DNA of 64,000 nucleotides, from contig JASANG010001013.1 of NCBI GenBank assembly GCA_030248215.1, forward strand, positions 1-64,000, read 5' to 3'. Below are positions 13,410-27,589 of the stretch, in pieces; position 1 is the stretch's first letter; each line of letters begins with the position of its first letter. Both the position numbers and the translations under genes were made by a program. This DNA comes from Enoplolaimus lenunculus. Its lineage: Eukaryota. A model generated the notes under the pieces. That model saw only the letters and a list, made by a program, of their open reading frames with translations. It was not told the origin of the DNA and searched no databases.

Positions 13410-13817
13410 TTTTTGGCCAATCAGAAGCTTGAATACATTTTTGGGGAAATTTCATTGGACGGCGTTGTGGCGAAAGTTTAATTAAATCCTATTGCCTGTA
13501 TCGACCTAGTCTCTGCTTGTAATTCGATTGGTTAGTTTCTATGCTTCAGTCAATTGGACAAGAAGGTGTCGAAAGATCACATATTACTCTTTAGCCTTAT
13601 CCTAGCTTACATGGCTTAAACCTAGATGCATTAACCTAAACTCAAGGTTCAGTAAAACGCCTATGCAACCCTAAGCCTAAGCCTAGCAAATCAGAATAGG
13701 AGCAGGCCCAATTTTTAGGACCCGAGCTCGAAAACTTAAAATAATAAGTGGACCAATCCAAGCATATGTAGAGCGATGCAAATGAAGACTGAAGTTTATT
13801 CAAATTATCCTAATAGC

Positions 13818-14138
13818 GGCTCATGTAAAGATCAGGGGCGGAGAGTTTTTCTGTGGGACTAGAATAGAGTAAGCTTATCTTTTAGACTAATTTTTTGCTT
13901 GGCTTAGGCTTAGGCTTAGGCTTAGGGTTTGGAATAGACTCGTTTTTACGCTTAGGCTTAGGATTAGGCTTAGGCTTAGACTTAGGCTTAGGAGTATGTT
14001 TATTCTTACGCTTAGGCTTAGGCTTAAGCTTAGGCTTAGGCTTAAGAATATGCTCATTCTTACGTTTACGCTTAAGCTTAGGCCTAGTCTTAGGAATATG
14101 CTTATCGTACTGTTCCGCCTCTGTTCTTTACATTGGCC
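13818..14138 (+). mobile_element. TTAGGC-carrying MITE
   Basis: Same TIRs; perfect TSD CTAATAGC; several TTAGGC blocks. Confidence 0.85.
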
Positions 14139-14539
14139 CTAATAGCCAATTGGTAGTTTTGCAATTTTGGCAGCGAGTTTCATGGTACAATACGTTGCGA
14201 AAACATGTGATCCTTCATTTCTTTTATTAACAAAACAAACCTAAAATATTGCACCAGAAAACCAGAAAATTCTTTGCCAAAATTAATTTTAAAACTACCA
14301 GTTGGCTATCAGGATAATTTGAATAAACTTCCGTTTTCCTTTGTATCCCTCTGCACATACACCTTAATATTGTAATATTTTTTCATATATTATTTATGTC
14401 CAATCATATAATCCAAACTGTATATTATACGTTGCTGCTGATGTTATACGAGTCAAAAAATAAAATGCAATCGTTTGAATTCAGATCCCAGTCTTTCAAA
14501 TGCGTATAGCACTTATCACCAATTAACCATAAGTTTTTC

Positions 14540-14757
14540 GGCCAATGAATAGAACAGGGCCGGATCGTTTTCCGGAGGGGCTATAATAGAGTCAGTTTAA
14601 GCTTTAGACTAATTTTTTTTGCTTATAGGCTTTGGCTTAGGCTTAGGCTTAGGCTTAGGCTTAGGAATAGGCTCATCCATACGCTTAGGCTTAGGCTTAG
14701 GCTTAGGCTTAGGAATATGCTTATACTACTGTTCCGGCCCTGTTCTATACATGGGCC
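14540..14757 (+). mobile_element. TTAGGC-carrying MITE
   Basis: TIR GGCCAATGAATAGAACAGGGCCGGA; TSD (A/G)GTTTTTC. Confidence 0.8.
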
Positions 14758-16765
14758 GGTTTTTCAATATTCGACCGCCTGCAATCGCAGATCTCAAAAT
14801 TGGTACAAAAGTAAACAAAAATTAAAATGAGAAAAATGATATTAATGTTCCATTTACTAATTTAGGTTCAGAATCAATTCGAATGATACATAAATTGTCC
14901 AACTGTGCTAAAAAAACTTGGGGGACTAGGATTTGTACCTCAAAACAGCCGAATGTTTCTAAAATTCATGTTTGGGTTTAAAACGACAGGGCAACTCGTA
15001 AGCTCAAATATGCAAAATGGTTCAAAATAGCATCATTTGGAGCAAACGCCAGCGGTGCCAAACCAATAAACCCCATACTCAAAGTTGTTAATTCACTTAT
15101 TACTGTTCCGTATTTCTTCACCAATATTTGGTTACATAAATATTTATGGTAATACATTGAAATGCAATAGTTATATTTTAACAAATATCACGGAAAAGTT
15201 AACAATTTATCAAATTCATATTTTAGGAATATTTTTAGTTAAAATAATAAATTCTCAAAAAATTTGAAATAAATTGCGCAAAACAAAACTAAAATTGTGG
15301 CTGTTTCGTTGGATTGAAATGAACAAAGTCGAATTCGTTCTTATCAACGACTAAAATTTTACGCTTTTGACTAATTTTTTGCTTAGGGTTACACTTAAGT
15401 CTAAGCTGCTCATTTTTACGCTTAGGCTTAGGCTTAGAAATATGCTCATATATACTACTGTTCCAACCCTGTTCAATACATTGCCTCAAAATTTCACAAT
15501 TGTCAAAAATGTAATTGGTCAAATCTACGCATGAAGTCTAAACATGACCGTTTGTGACAAAACGGTAACTTTAACCCTGACTTTCAATTATTGGCCCAAA
15601 TTTTAATATTTCTGGTATTTTGAGAGACGAAATAAATTTGCTGCCAAACTTTGCACAACTTTTACTATCACGAGTTTGACAAATAGATTTGAGTCCAGGA
15701 ATGGAATAGAGAAACGCAGTTGTTCAGCAAGTTTAAGCTTAGACGTAAAGTTTAGAAACAAGTTTAAAATAAGCTTTAAATTCTCAGCTAGGCTCAAACC
15801 GACTGATTTTGCACGTGATATGATTGTGGGCCAAAATATACTAATGCCATAGAACAGGGCCGGAACAGTAGTATAAGCGTATTCCTAAGCCTAAGCCTTT
15901 TCCTAAGCCTAAGCCTAAGCAAAAAAGTAATTAGTCTAAAGCTTAAACTGACTCTATCATAGCCCCTTCGGAAAACGATCCGACCCTGTTTTATACATTG
16001 GCCGCAAATATTAATTGCATATTTGAATGCATTGTATGTTTTAGTTTGCAGTCATTTTTGCAATTATTACGCAAGACAGCGTTAGTTTTATTGTAAAATG
16101 AAGACAAAGATTATAAAAATTCAATGGTAATTAATATTAACGAAAGGTCTCAATTAAGAGCATCGTGGAATTATCAATTGAATTTTCTAGCAGCGTTAAA
16201 CTTTAGCGTCACTCATTTGTACCCTTATTGAGCTCAAAGCTGCATGTTACCCGGGCGGTAGACGATGGCCGGCTAAGAAAATTTTGAGACATTCATAGTC
16301 CAGGTAAAACTTTGTTAATTTTTATTCACCTAAATTATTTATTAGAAACGTGAGACAAGATAAAGTAGAAAAACTTGAATTTTTAAACTGTTTTTACCGC
16401 ATGAGTGAAAAATCAGTAGCAAATAACATCAATTCATTGTAAAATTACACAAATGTTTTGAACACAGAAGAAAAAATGGGGGCGAGTGGGTAAAGTCGAG
16501 CAACGGTTAAGGAATTTTGCGTGGATATACCCGCGGGTAAAAAATAGAGTTTCTGCGGTAATCATAGCGTGGATAATTAACCTCTACCCACTTATAGTCC
16601 TTGGAGCTTCGACCCCACAAACTGACTTCTAGGGAGCCCCTGGTACACTTGGGACGCCATCCAAACTGTTTTAACATCGTTTGAAATATTTCCAAAGCAC
16701 CCTGTGACAACATCAGCAAACCTAGATTTTCAAATTTTTCAAAGTTTCCGTTTCCACATTTGCTT

Positions 16766-19700
16766 TTACAACAATACTGATCCATTTTTGTTCTGGCTCG
16801 TGTCCGATGGAGTGTCGGCAACATCAAAAGACGGCCGGTCAGCGAGCCGGCCGCTATCAAAATCGACCGCCGAAGCCATAGCGACTCCAGCCGTCCGGCC
16901 GACCATTAACTGCTGCGGCTGAAGCAATATTTGTGTTTGGTCGCGTAGGTCGTGAGCGTGTATGATATGCAATTCGCGACCTGTGCGTCCTGATGCAATT
17001 ATTGCATCAGTGACTGCAGTTTGCAGCTGCGGCGGCAGTCTCTGATGTTGCTTCAGTGCTGGTGTTGGCAAACTTTGTTGCCGTGACAGCTCAGCAGCCG
17101 CACGTTGTAAGCTTGCATCGAACAACTGCTGCTTATCACGTGTGGCATCTGCTGCTGTTGGCGCAGGCCTGCCAACGCCAGCGCTAAACGCTGCCGGGAA
17201 CGGCCTCCGAACACCAGACGTCGGTCTGATGCCTTCATCGGCCGTCCAATCCATGTTACCACTGCCGCCGCCATCTGGAAACGATACTGTGTCCAAAATG
17301 GAATTCATTTCCATCGGGACAGGAAACATTATCGTTGACGCTTGTTCGGCGGCGATATCGTTTAGCGTTTGCAAATAGCGCAGTTGCAGTGCAGCAGGAC
17401 TTTGAGATATTACGTCGGCGGCAGCCCGTAACGCGCGGCTGGCACGTTGTTCGCCTTCGGCCGCGACCACTTTTGCTCGAGCTTCTCGGGACGCCTCGGC
17501 TTCCGCGGCCATCGCTCGCATCAGTTGATCAGGCAGTCGCAAGTCTTTGACTTCGACGCGTTCAACCTGAAATGGTGTAAGAACAACGAGCATAAGCCAG
17601 ATTGACAATCATTATGTCAATGGTGCCACAAAATCTCTTGTGATAGTGAAATTTTTCATTTTCGTAGCTATTGGACTAAAAAAACACACAAGAAGGCCCA
17701 CACCAAACCCCACAAACCACAAACCCAGAACAACAACCAACCCACCCACTCAAGTGAACAGAAATTCATCTACAAACATATACTTACATATAAACATCGA
17801 AATTTTCGCAAACAAATCTTTGCTATAAAAGCCCTATTCACACATGCAAGTTTTTGCTGCAATAACTTGCAGCTGCAACTCGCACTTGCAAGTTTTGTTC
17901 AAAATCCCGTTCGAAAAACTTGCAGCTGCAAGTAATTCATTAAAAACCAAAGCTAAGAATTTAGTTCACACTAATGAACAACCATGCAAATAGTGCCGGA
18001 GCAGGCAGGGGTAGGGGCTCCCCCCAAACTGCAGGGTTGGGGCCCCCAAACTCGAGAGCAGAACAAGTCCACTGAATGTATTGCACCCGCTTTCTCATTG
18101 GCTGATGAAAAAATGCAAGTTCTTCGTCCAATTGGCAGCTGCTGCACGTGTGAATAAGGCTTTAGATTGATTTGATGTATTTACCTTAACTCCCCAGTCA
18201 AGTGTCGCTTCATAAAGCACCATTTCCATCAATTGTGATATATGATCGCGTTCAAGCAACATATCGCCGAGTGTTTTGGTTCCAAGAATGTTACGAAGTG
18301 TCGTTTGTGCGAGAAGTTTCGTGCTAAAAATATTCCACAAAAAACCCCAGTAACATTTGAAAATTTAGTTTTAATTAAATTGTAAAAAGTATAGGATTCA
18401 CATTAATTTACTAACTTTAAAAGAAGTAAAAAATTTTGAATTTAGACAATTTTGCAGCAATTTAAGGTTTTAGTTCAGCATATTGTAAAATTAATAATGT
18501 GGTTTAGCTGTAACGGTGCCGCTATACCTATCGTACGGCACCGTTCGGAACCTTAAGAAAAAGTTGTTCACAAAAAGTTATACGACCCCATACCGACGAA
18601 TTAATGTCGGTTACCGTACGTTGCCGACCAATGCTGGACGACACCGGACAACAATATTTCAAACGTATAACCCTAACTCTGTTCAAATTGTTAAATTTTT
18701 AAATTGGGTTCAAATTGAAAAATAGTTTCAAAAATGCATTCATACAATCAACATCAAATTGTTTTATATACATTTTTGGCCCATGTATAGAACACGGCCG
18801 GTTCGTTTTCCGGCGGGGCTGTAATAGAGTCAGTTTAAGCTTTTGACTTACTTTTTTGCTTAGGCTTAAGCTTAGGCTTAGGAATAGGCTCATCCGTACG
18901 CTTTCAGGCTTAGACTTAGGCTTAGGCTTAGGCTTAGGCTTAGGAATATGCTTATACTACTGTTCCGGCCCTGTTCAATACATGGGCCTATTTTTTCAAT
19001 GTCTTCAGCTGGTTCACTTGTTTCGGTTAAAATTCAGTCGTGTGAAAAAAATGGACAGCTTCCGTTACACGCAACGATAACCGTATTTCAGCACAAATTG
19101 AAAAGATATTTTTCACCTGTAGAATGCATCGTTGACATTGGTGACCGAAACAACTGGATTATTAATGCGAAAATACACCACAGCATCCACCGACACTGTC
19201 ACTGAGTCTTTAGACAAAATTTCTTGCGGCGGAACTTCAAATGAAACAACGCGTAAATCGATCTGAAACCGGATGTTACGGTCAGTTTCGAGATTTGTGC
19301 AATAATTTCGGGTCAAAGGGAAGCTATTTTTGACTAAAATATCCCATAAGGTAAAATAAGCATTGCGTCAAGTGCTCGTATTTTCAAATATGTATAGCAT
19401 CTACAACCTGTCGGTGATAAGTCTTGTAACTTTCGAACCAGTGAATGCTAAGGCTCAAAATTTGGCATATATTTTGCATATAGTGAGCTACTCCTGTACT
19501 AATTTTGAGTTCATCCACTTTAGTGAGCGTGAAAACTTATTACTAAACTGATGATAGTTGCTATACACAATTAAGAATTTGGACCAAGATGTATGAATGT
19601 TATCAGAAAATATATAATTGCTATCAAATATGATTGGCTTCGAGCGCACCCAGCCAAAAGACAGTATTCAGTTTGTGATTGGCTGCGAAATAATATTCGG

Positions 19701-20729
19701 CAGTGGCTAAGAAATTGAAACGGTCTGTAATGTTTTTTGTGTCGTGGTATAAATACACGATTTCACTCTGACAGGTTAATAAGCAATTTTGCTATTTTCA
19801 CAAATTTAAAACATTTTTTGATCAAATACAAGGATCTAGCGAAATTTACACTACAAAAAATGGTGGTTCGAATTGACTCTCTCCGAAATACGCTCTACGC
19901 GACTACACAAACTGAGTCAAATTCGACTCCGCCCGATTCAAACGTGCGGCTCAGTAAGTCAAATTTGACTCTGGCGGAGTTAAATTTGACTCCGTTTGTG
20001 TAGTCCCGTAGAGCCTATTTCAGAGAGATTCAATTTGACTCACCATTTTTTGCAGTGTATGATTAAGTCGATTTATTATACTTGTGTCAAAAATACAAAA
20101 CGATTTTCGAATTTTGAAATAAAATGCGTTTATATATTAATATTCAAACAGCGGACCAACACTAAAATGCGTTCAATTTGCTTTTCGCTGCATTAGCGAT
20201 TCATTTTAGAGTGTTTCCAGCCAGGAAAACCGTTTTGAAAGATGCTGTTTGAAATACGAAAAGCGTACTGTATTTTTTGACAACGATTCGTTGTTATGCC
20301 ATTTACCTTGCGATACGAGTCCACACATGGCAGAATAAAAATCAACCCAGGACCCCGACATCCGCCTCTTAACAGCCGTCCAAGCCGAAACATCACAGCG
20401 CGTTCGTATTCTTTGACAATTTTCAAACAACAAAGCATTGAAATTGGGAACGTAATAACAACAAACGCGTAGGAAATTAGCACTAAAATTGCAGTGAAAA
20501 ATTTGTAAATTTTTGACTTAATTACAATACTGTCAGATGACGTGTAAATTGTTGATTCACGACGCATGGCTGAACGCCGAATTGCCGGGCCAGACGGTCC
20601 GCCGCCGCGGCTTCCGTTTTCGTCGTCGTCTGTCGGCAGTTGAAGTGTATCTTTGACCCCGAGATCAAAGTGAACGCCGCCTGCAGATCCTTGTCTGCCA
20701 CGAGAGCTTGGATCACGAAGCGATTTCAT
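16766..20729 (-). CDS. Stomatin / band-7 (SPFH) family protein, MEC-2/STO-like, about 502 aa, 4 exons
   Basis: Exons 20729-20307, 19262-19117, 18323-18185 and 17566-16766, all GT-AG with consistent phases (1509 nt). Motifs: hairpin TM ending FPISMLCCLKIVKEYERAVMFRLGRL, GPGLIFILPCVD, DLRVVSFEVPPQEILSKDSVTVSVDAVVYFRI, LLAQTTLRNILG, RAMAAEAEASREARAKVVAAEGEQ, ALQLRYLQTL. An in-frame acceptor near 20765 allows a further upstream exon. Confidence 0.93.
18778..18988 (+). mobile_element. TTAGGC-carrying MITE in stomatin intron
   Basis: Family TIRs and internal TTAGGC array; TSD degenerate. Confidence 0.8.
19849..20057. mobile_element. CMC/EnSpm-like MITE (GAGTCAAATTTGACTC family)
   Basis: CACTACAAAAAATGG...CCATTTTTTGCAGTG; 2-bp TSD TA. 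Confidence 0.75.
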
Positions 20730-23700
20730 TGGCGAATTATTTTTTCTTGAAAAATTTTGATTTTCTGCACAGTTGGCAAATAATATTTCAATGTTGAATT
20801 AAATTTTAAACAATTCTATAAATTTAGGGTTACGAGATTACAGTGTTGGGTATTTGAGTAAATGTTTCAACGGTGGAGTTAAAGTATTGAATATCGTTGT
20901 GGGTAGAAAGTAAAGCGACTGTAAAATGTGGTCTTGGCAGAATTAAAAATTTCCAAGAATTCTGTGGGTAGAACAAAAAAGGATTCTTATTGGCTATTAT
21001 AGAAGAACAGTTATGTATAAAATATTTTAGAGCTACCGAAGTTCAATTTTGAATATTTCAAAAGTTGAGTTTGAAAACTTTTTAATTTATTAGCAGTCGG
21101 AATTAAGATATAATATGCCCTTCATAGGTGAGCCGTTGATGCCGACGTACGAAATTTTATTTCTCATCGACTGTTAACTGTCACTGCTGCGGGGGTGGGG
21201 CAACGTTTTGCTGCGGTCATGGACGCCATTTTAGCATTTAACCATCACTTAATAAAGTACTTAAATAATTAAACTAAAGTTTTAATTTGTGCTTTGTGAA
21301 TCGAAGTTGTCAATCAACCCCCTGAGTAGATTTACCGTCACCGTAACAACTAATTTATCCCTCAGAGACGTCCACATCCTGATCCCATTTCTAATTACAA
21401 GTCGAGATAGTTTTCTGGCTCGTATACTTAGCCAGCCACCAACCGCTGCGCTGTCAAAGTTCCAATCGACCCACAGGTGCGCGCAGGTAAACAAGGGCCG
21501 GGTAAAAAATTATTAACGGGGACACATCCGTGGGTAAGGCATTGTAAAGCACGAATAAAAATTTGTGATTCTTTACCTTATTTGGAGTTCGAGTAACAAA
21601 CGACAATCATATGAGGTTTACCTATTTATGTTGTCAAGTATAGCATTCTTTTGCCTTTTAGAATGATGGTTTGTTCCATTAATTACCAGCCAGGTATCAG
21701 GCCCGTTGGACCAAAACCGACTGTGGCTTCTTGTAGAAAATTACGCAACACCGTTTCTAACTTAGCTTAACCTTTAATCTGGCTAAAAAACCTCACTTAA
21801 GTACCTTGTAAGCTTAACTCGAAATTTCGAAATCAAACACGCCGCATTCTACGTACATAAAATTCAATAATACACCTTTGTTTCCCATGAACCCAACCTT
21901 CCAGTTTCCGACACCCAAAGCTTGTCAATATTGAAATTGAAGCATGGCCTACAACTGAAAGAGTACTGTGACGCTCAAGATCATATTACATGCCCATATG
22001 GGGCATTTCTGTTTGAGATTCCGTTGTGCTTCGGTGATTTTAACAATATTCCCTGTATAAAGAGGCTAATTTTATAGAATTGACCTTGCATTTTAACCCT
22101 TTCCTTCATAGAGTATACTGTGAGCAACAACACGCACAAAATAGGTGAGCTAAAGAATGTACACTGTTGAATAATGCACTATGCAGTGTAAAATATCCAC
22201 AAGACGTGAGAGTCCCCACGGGCTCGAGGGTCAACCGTTTATAGCGGAATTGTGATGGTAAACGTGTCTCCCAGCTCGAATACATGGGGTTAAGTATTAG
22301 CTTTGAATACAGTTTTAATGGAAATTATATTTTTAATGACGTAAAACTATTAATGGGGGAACAGGCTGGCAGTATGTAGTCTACATACAGTAACAAATCG
22401 GGGGGGAAGAGACCAGAAACAGATACAAAAATTTCTGACGGGGTGCTGGCTGGCAAATGCTATGAAACGCCACAATTTTTAGGTCGCGGATCCTATTATG
22501 TTGTCACTAAAAAATTACTTAGGGAACAATTGTAAGGTAGGAATCGTATCATTGTACCACAAAAATTCTGACGGCAACGCGTACGCCTCACCTGCATCCC
22601 CTATGCATCCGCTAGTACCAAGCACACTGGTAAACATGTTTCTCATTAGCTACACCTTGCTAGCATAAAACCTACGCGATATGACACTTCGGCTGAAGCT
22701 CCCGACCTGCGTTCTAGCGCAATAACTGCTAAATATGACGTTATACAACGAATTTAATTTTCTGACCAATTTGTAAATCTTAAACTAATCGCAGAAGACG
22801 GTTGTAGTATAAAAGTTGTAAAATTTCTCGAGACACAAAAAGCATCTTCCGGTACCGGAATACCCTCAATTCGTCACTGTCTTAATGAGTAACCCAAAAC
22901 CGGGTCATATGTAAAGGCTACCGTCGGCTCCGGAAAAAATTTTGAGAAACTTCAAACCAGATTTGCAATATTAATGCCAGACCTATCACCAACGGGTATT
23001 AAAGTATTAAATATCGCTCACGTTTGTCATAAACCTAATAACGGTTCAATATGTTTGAATGAAGTTTAGATCTACGGGCGGATCCAAGACGGCGTAGTAT
23101 GCCTGGCTTTCTAAGCAGGACTTAAACCAAAAATTTTGCATTAAGGTTTAGTATTACAAACTGCATTCGGTTGCGTGTGGCTTAGCTCGTTTCACTCCCG
23201 AGCTGTGGACATTCACAGAGCGGCCTCCCTGGCGAGATTTTGGGATCCACCGTTGATTAGACCTAAACCCAAATCCTGTATGATGTAAAACAAAACATTT
23301 CTAAATCCTGGCCAGACTAACACCCTTTCTAGCTGCCGTGACTAGTAGCGATATAACTCATACAGGCGTAAATGCATACTTCCACAAAGGGGGCCTTTGA
23401 GTTAAATTTTGTGTATTTTTTGAATAAAAAACTTTCACTTACAACTTGCAGCTGTACATTTCTCCCCACCGTGAAAATTTGCACGCGTCAATGGCGGGGT
23501 TACGTTTTGGCTTAGGGGTTCAGGTTTAAGGCTTGGGCGGTGATTTGTGTTTAGTGCCGCAAATTGTTTTCTAGGGGGAAGCTTAGCAGTCCTAGTGCAT
23601 CTGTTGTGACGGACCCAAAGCCAATGTTAGTTTAAAATTTAGCCAAATCATCTCAACCGGTACCAGAATTTCGCTCGATCCGGCATTTAAAACTTTTACC

Positions 23701-25230
23701 AATTTATCGATTTTACATCAAGTACAAAGCTTCCGACAAATAGTTTAACGATAGGGCCAATGTTGCCAAACAGGGCCGGAACAGTAGTATAAGCATATTC
23801 CAAAACCTAAGCCTAAACCTAAGCGTAAAAATAAGGTTATATCTAAACCTAATCCGAAGCCTAACCAAGAAGAATTAGACTGAAGCTAAAGCTTACTCTA
23901 TAGCAGTCTCATAGAAAAACGTTCCGCCCCTGACCTTTACATTGGCCATAGATTGGTACAGAAAAACCTAAAACCCAACTGCACATTCTTTAATCAGTCA
24001 AAATCTTAAAATGTTTTTTGACAAGTACCCGACTTGGGACTTAAACGTTTTTATAGATGGCCAGGATACCAAATGGGTTCGTAAAGTTTTGGTCGAAAAA
24101 AACTATTTTCTGAAATTATTTAGGTATTAAGTACTACCACTACAACATTTGAAAAACATTTTTTGAAATTTGAAACAATTTTTCTAAATATCCTACAAAA
24201 AACGTTCTGAAAATTTTAAATTTCAAATATTTCTCAAAATTTTGTTGTTGTGATAACTGAAATAATTTTCAAGCACACTTTGCTAAAGGTATAAATGTCG
24301 TAGCCCAACTCGTAATTAATACACCCTGAGCTGGCACAATTCGGAATTTGGCTAAATTACGTCTTGCGCTACGACATATATATTTGTAAAATGTAAGAAA
24401 ACTTTTTCTAAAATAAATGTTATTTTGATTAATTTTATTAACTTTTGGTTCACTCAAGAGTTGGGTTTTTATACACGAACCACTGGCATTATTATTAATG
24501 TTGCTAATAAACTACGGTATTTAAGTAAAAAGTATACTAAGCAGCTTCAGGCGAATTTTTTCCTGCAAGTTACCAAGCTAATGCGTCAACGTCTAATGTC
24601 AACGATTGATCTGTTTTGTTAAAAATGACAAAACATACTGAAATTTTATTTTCGCTGTGCGAAGCAACGGATATTAAAGTTTAACAAAAATTTAACCTGA
24701 AGCCATTAAAAACTTACGCCAAACACTTGATTGCGAAAATGTTACCTTTTGATGTCCCCTGTATACAAGATTGAATTACAGTCGCGTATTTTTGAATTTT
24801 AATCAAGTAAAATTTTTTGTCAAAAATCTGTTCAAAATAGTTAATATTTTACTTAAATTAATAGTTACTTAAATTAATGCTACTTATTGCAGGTATATGA
24901 ATATTATTATTATTATTATTAAAAATGTATAAATCAGCCGATCATGAACAGTGGCAACAATCGTCTAAAAATGTTAATCGCGTTGCGAAGCAACGCAAAC
25001 TGAATAAATAAGACTGCGTTTTAAGTAAAGAAAAATATGAAATAATTAAGTTTTAGCCTAAATAGATCATTATCTTCGAGCTATATGTATTCAAGTTATC
25101 GCCGTGCAATATGTAAGTATTGTCAATACCCGTGACACCCACTGTGACAAGCTGTGTTTCTGTTTACCACCCTATTTTTTTGCTAAGCCTATTCCTTCAC
25201 GTTAGGCTCTAAACGTAACACCAACCTTAA

Positions 25231-25493
25231 CCCCTTCTCACATTGAGTTGCCTATAGGCAACTCAGCGCAGTGCATATACGTTAAACAGTATATATCGCA
25301 CCGTGTTTAACAATTGCAACACGTATACATAGTACTAAATCACCACAAGACGTGAGAGCCGCCTCGGGCTCGAGCGTCAAGCTCCTACAGCTGAGTGGTG
25401 ATGGTATACGCCTCCCACTCCAATCACTGGAGTTCGAATCCTAGCATAAAAGTAGGTCTCAGGGGAAATAGAAAATATTCATGTGAGAAAAGG
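25231..25493 (+). mobile_element. piggyBac-like 263-bp MITE with tRNA-like insert
   Basis: TTAA TSD (25227-25230, 25494-25497); TIR CCCCTTCTCACAT / ATGTGAGAAAAGG. Confidence 0.8.
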
Positions 25494-26917
25494 TTAATTA
25501 TAATCAAGGAATAAGGTTAAACCTAAAGAGTACCTCCAAGTCTAAACCTGAACCTATTATCTGGTTTTAGTTTATTTATATGTTTGGGGGGGGGAATAAA
25601 TCAAATCTGAAACGGAATCAACCCCTGCTACAGACTGCGAAATTACTGTTTCCGTTGCACAATTAACCGCAAATTGCAGTCTTTGCTATGTAACCTTCAC
25701 TACCTGCTGTTTTATTTTTGAACAGCTGAGGTATTTAAATGCGAGTTCTTTGATGTTTTGCGCTACTTATGTATTTTAAATTATCGCTATATATTAGAGA
25801 ATACATACCCGTAATACTAGAATAACCCCTATTTTGTACTAGTAATTTTAGTGAACATTTATATACGAACCCAGGGTTAAGTATTTTTAAATAACAGTAC
25901 TGCTATTCAGGGTGTAACCGGAATGGCAGTTCCGGTTGCGGTAAATTTTTGCCTGGATTAAATATTCCGGTATTAAATTTTGGTCGTTTTTAAATGTGCT
26001 TATCTTTAAAAACCCTTTTTGGACCATCTTATTCAAGTGCTTTTCTTAAAAAAATGACGATAAAGATAAAATAAATTTCATTCATATAGTATATAAACTT
26101 TGATATTGATCAACTGACTCGAAATTAAATCAGCTCAGAGCGAGTTAATATTAATACTGTTATCCACTCAGAAATAACCAGAAATAGCTAATTCTCTCTG
26201 ACTTGATTGCTCAGCTTTTGTTTATTTTCTAAAATTTCGAAATTTACATAGTGTTTTATTTTATAAAAGATGTTTTTTAGTCTAAGCTGCCATCTTTCAA
26301 AGTAGCAATAGAGAAATGACTTTATTCTCAACTTTTGAATTTAAAATGTTTCAAATAGTCTATAATATTTTGCATATTTGTGCTTCACACATCACTCCAC
26401 GTTATCAACGCACACCCAAATTGAAACAATTTTGACATTTTCAGGTTAAAAGGTTTTTTTACTCTGCGGGGCAAATTATTTTGCCAAAATAACCAACATA
26501 AACTGACCCAGTTTTGGACTGCAAAGTCGAATTACGCTAAACTTTTTACACCGAACTTCCTCCAGAGGTCGAGAATTAGGATTGCGCTATACTTTTGTTG
26601 ACGTCCGGCGCCGTTCATCACCGTGCGGCGTTGTCGGTCACCGTGCGGTATCGGTCGCAACACTCACGCACGATGATAACGTATGGTACGAACGGTGACA
26701 GACGGCACGGGACGTCGAGTATAGCGAAACCCTAAAAGCAGATTGGTGTAGCCATTGAAATACCCATCAAAGTATATTGTAATAAAATTCAAAATATTGT
26801 TCTGTGTCTAAACGTTATGTATATAACATAAAGCTAAATCCATTTGCGTCAAACGTTAACTTCGATTTAATACCAGAAAACGTAGGTAAATTATTTAGCC
26901 AGAAATGAGGTTAGAAA

Positions 26918-26920
<3 letters not shown>

Positions 26921-26977
<57 letters not shown>
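26921..26977. repeat. (TA)n microsatellite
   Basis: Pure TA dinucleotide run. Confidence 0.95.
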
Positions 26978-26978
<1 letters not shown>

Positions 26979-27589
26979 CAGTTATTTATAGCTTTTTCTA
27001 GCTAATATGTGACCATATGAGCTATTATAGACCATTAGATAAAGGACAGTTCAATTAGGCAACATATGGCACGAGATGGGCGACCGTATGTATTAATCAG
27101 AGTCCAGCGGAAGAGTAAAGATACCGGAACCGGAAGTTAACAACTTTTTCCTGGACTACATTCGAAGTTAAGCATACGACAAAAACTGTTTTAGCAAATT
27201 TGGAACTCCCACAGTGCCCGTAATTGAACCGCGATTCTAATTCATTGTTAGGTTGACCAATGTTACTTTTAGGGCCGTTACAGAAACATTAAGCATATTC
27301 CGAAGTTTAAGCCTAACCGTTACGAATGTGTATCACTAAGCCTAAGCCTAAACAAAAAATGTAATCTAGAATCTAAGCGTACTCTTTTACAGACCAGCCA
27401 GAATTCAGAACGGTTCTAAAATTAGGTACAAATTCCAGATTGGTAAACGAATATGGCCCAATCAAGACCGAAAGAACTGCACATGATCTATGGCGAGTTT
27501 GCACCGCGTATACGAGAGTAATAATTGTTCAACACTAAACGTATTGCAATTTCGCGTCTACAGTTTACGCTAAGTTGTTCACAGTATAC

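Noticed and set aside
13895..14230. LGLG/LRLR/LSLS/PKPK-rich ORFs (also 14619, 18856, 27799, 41888, 57952, 57965)
   Set aside because: These are translations of (TTAGGC)n inside MITEs, not genes.
16507..16860. Separate 117-aa gene overlapping the stomatin end
   Set aside because: It is an alternate frame running into the 3' UTR/repeat sequence, with no recognisable homology.
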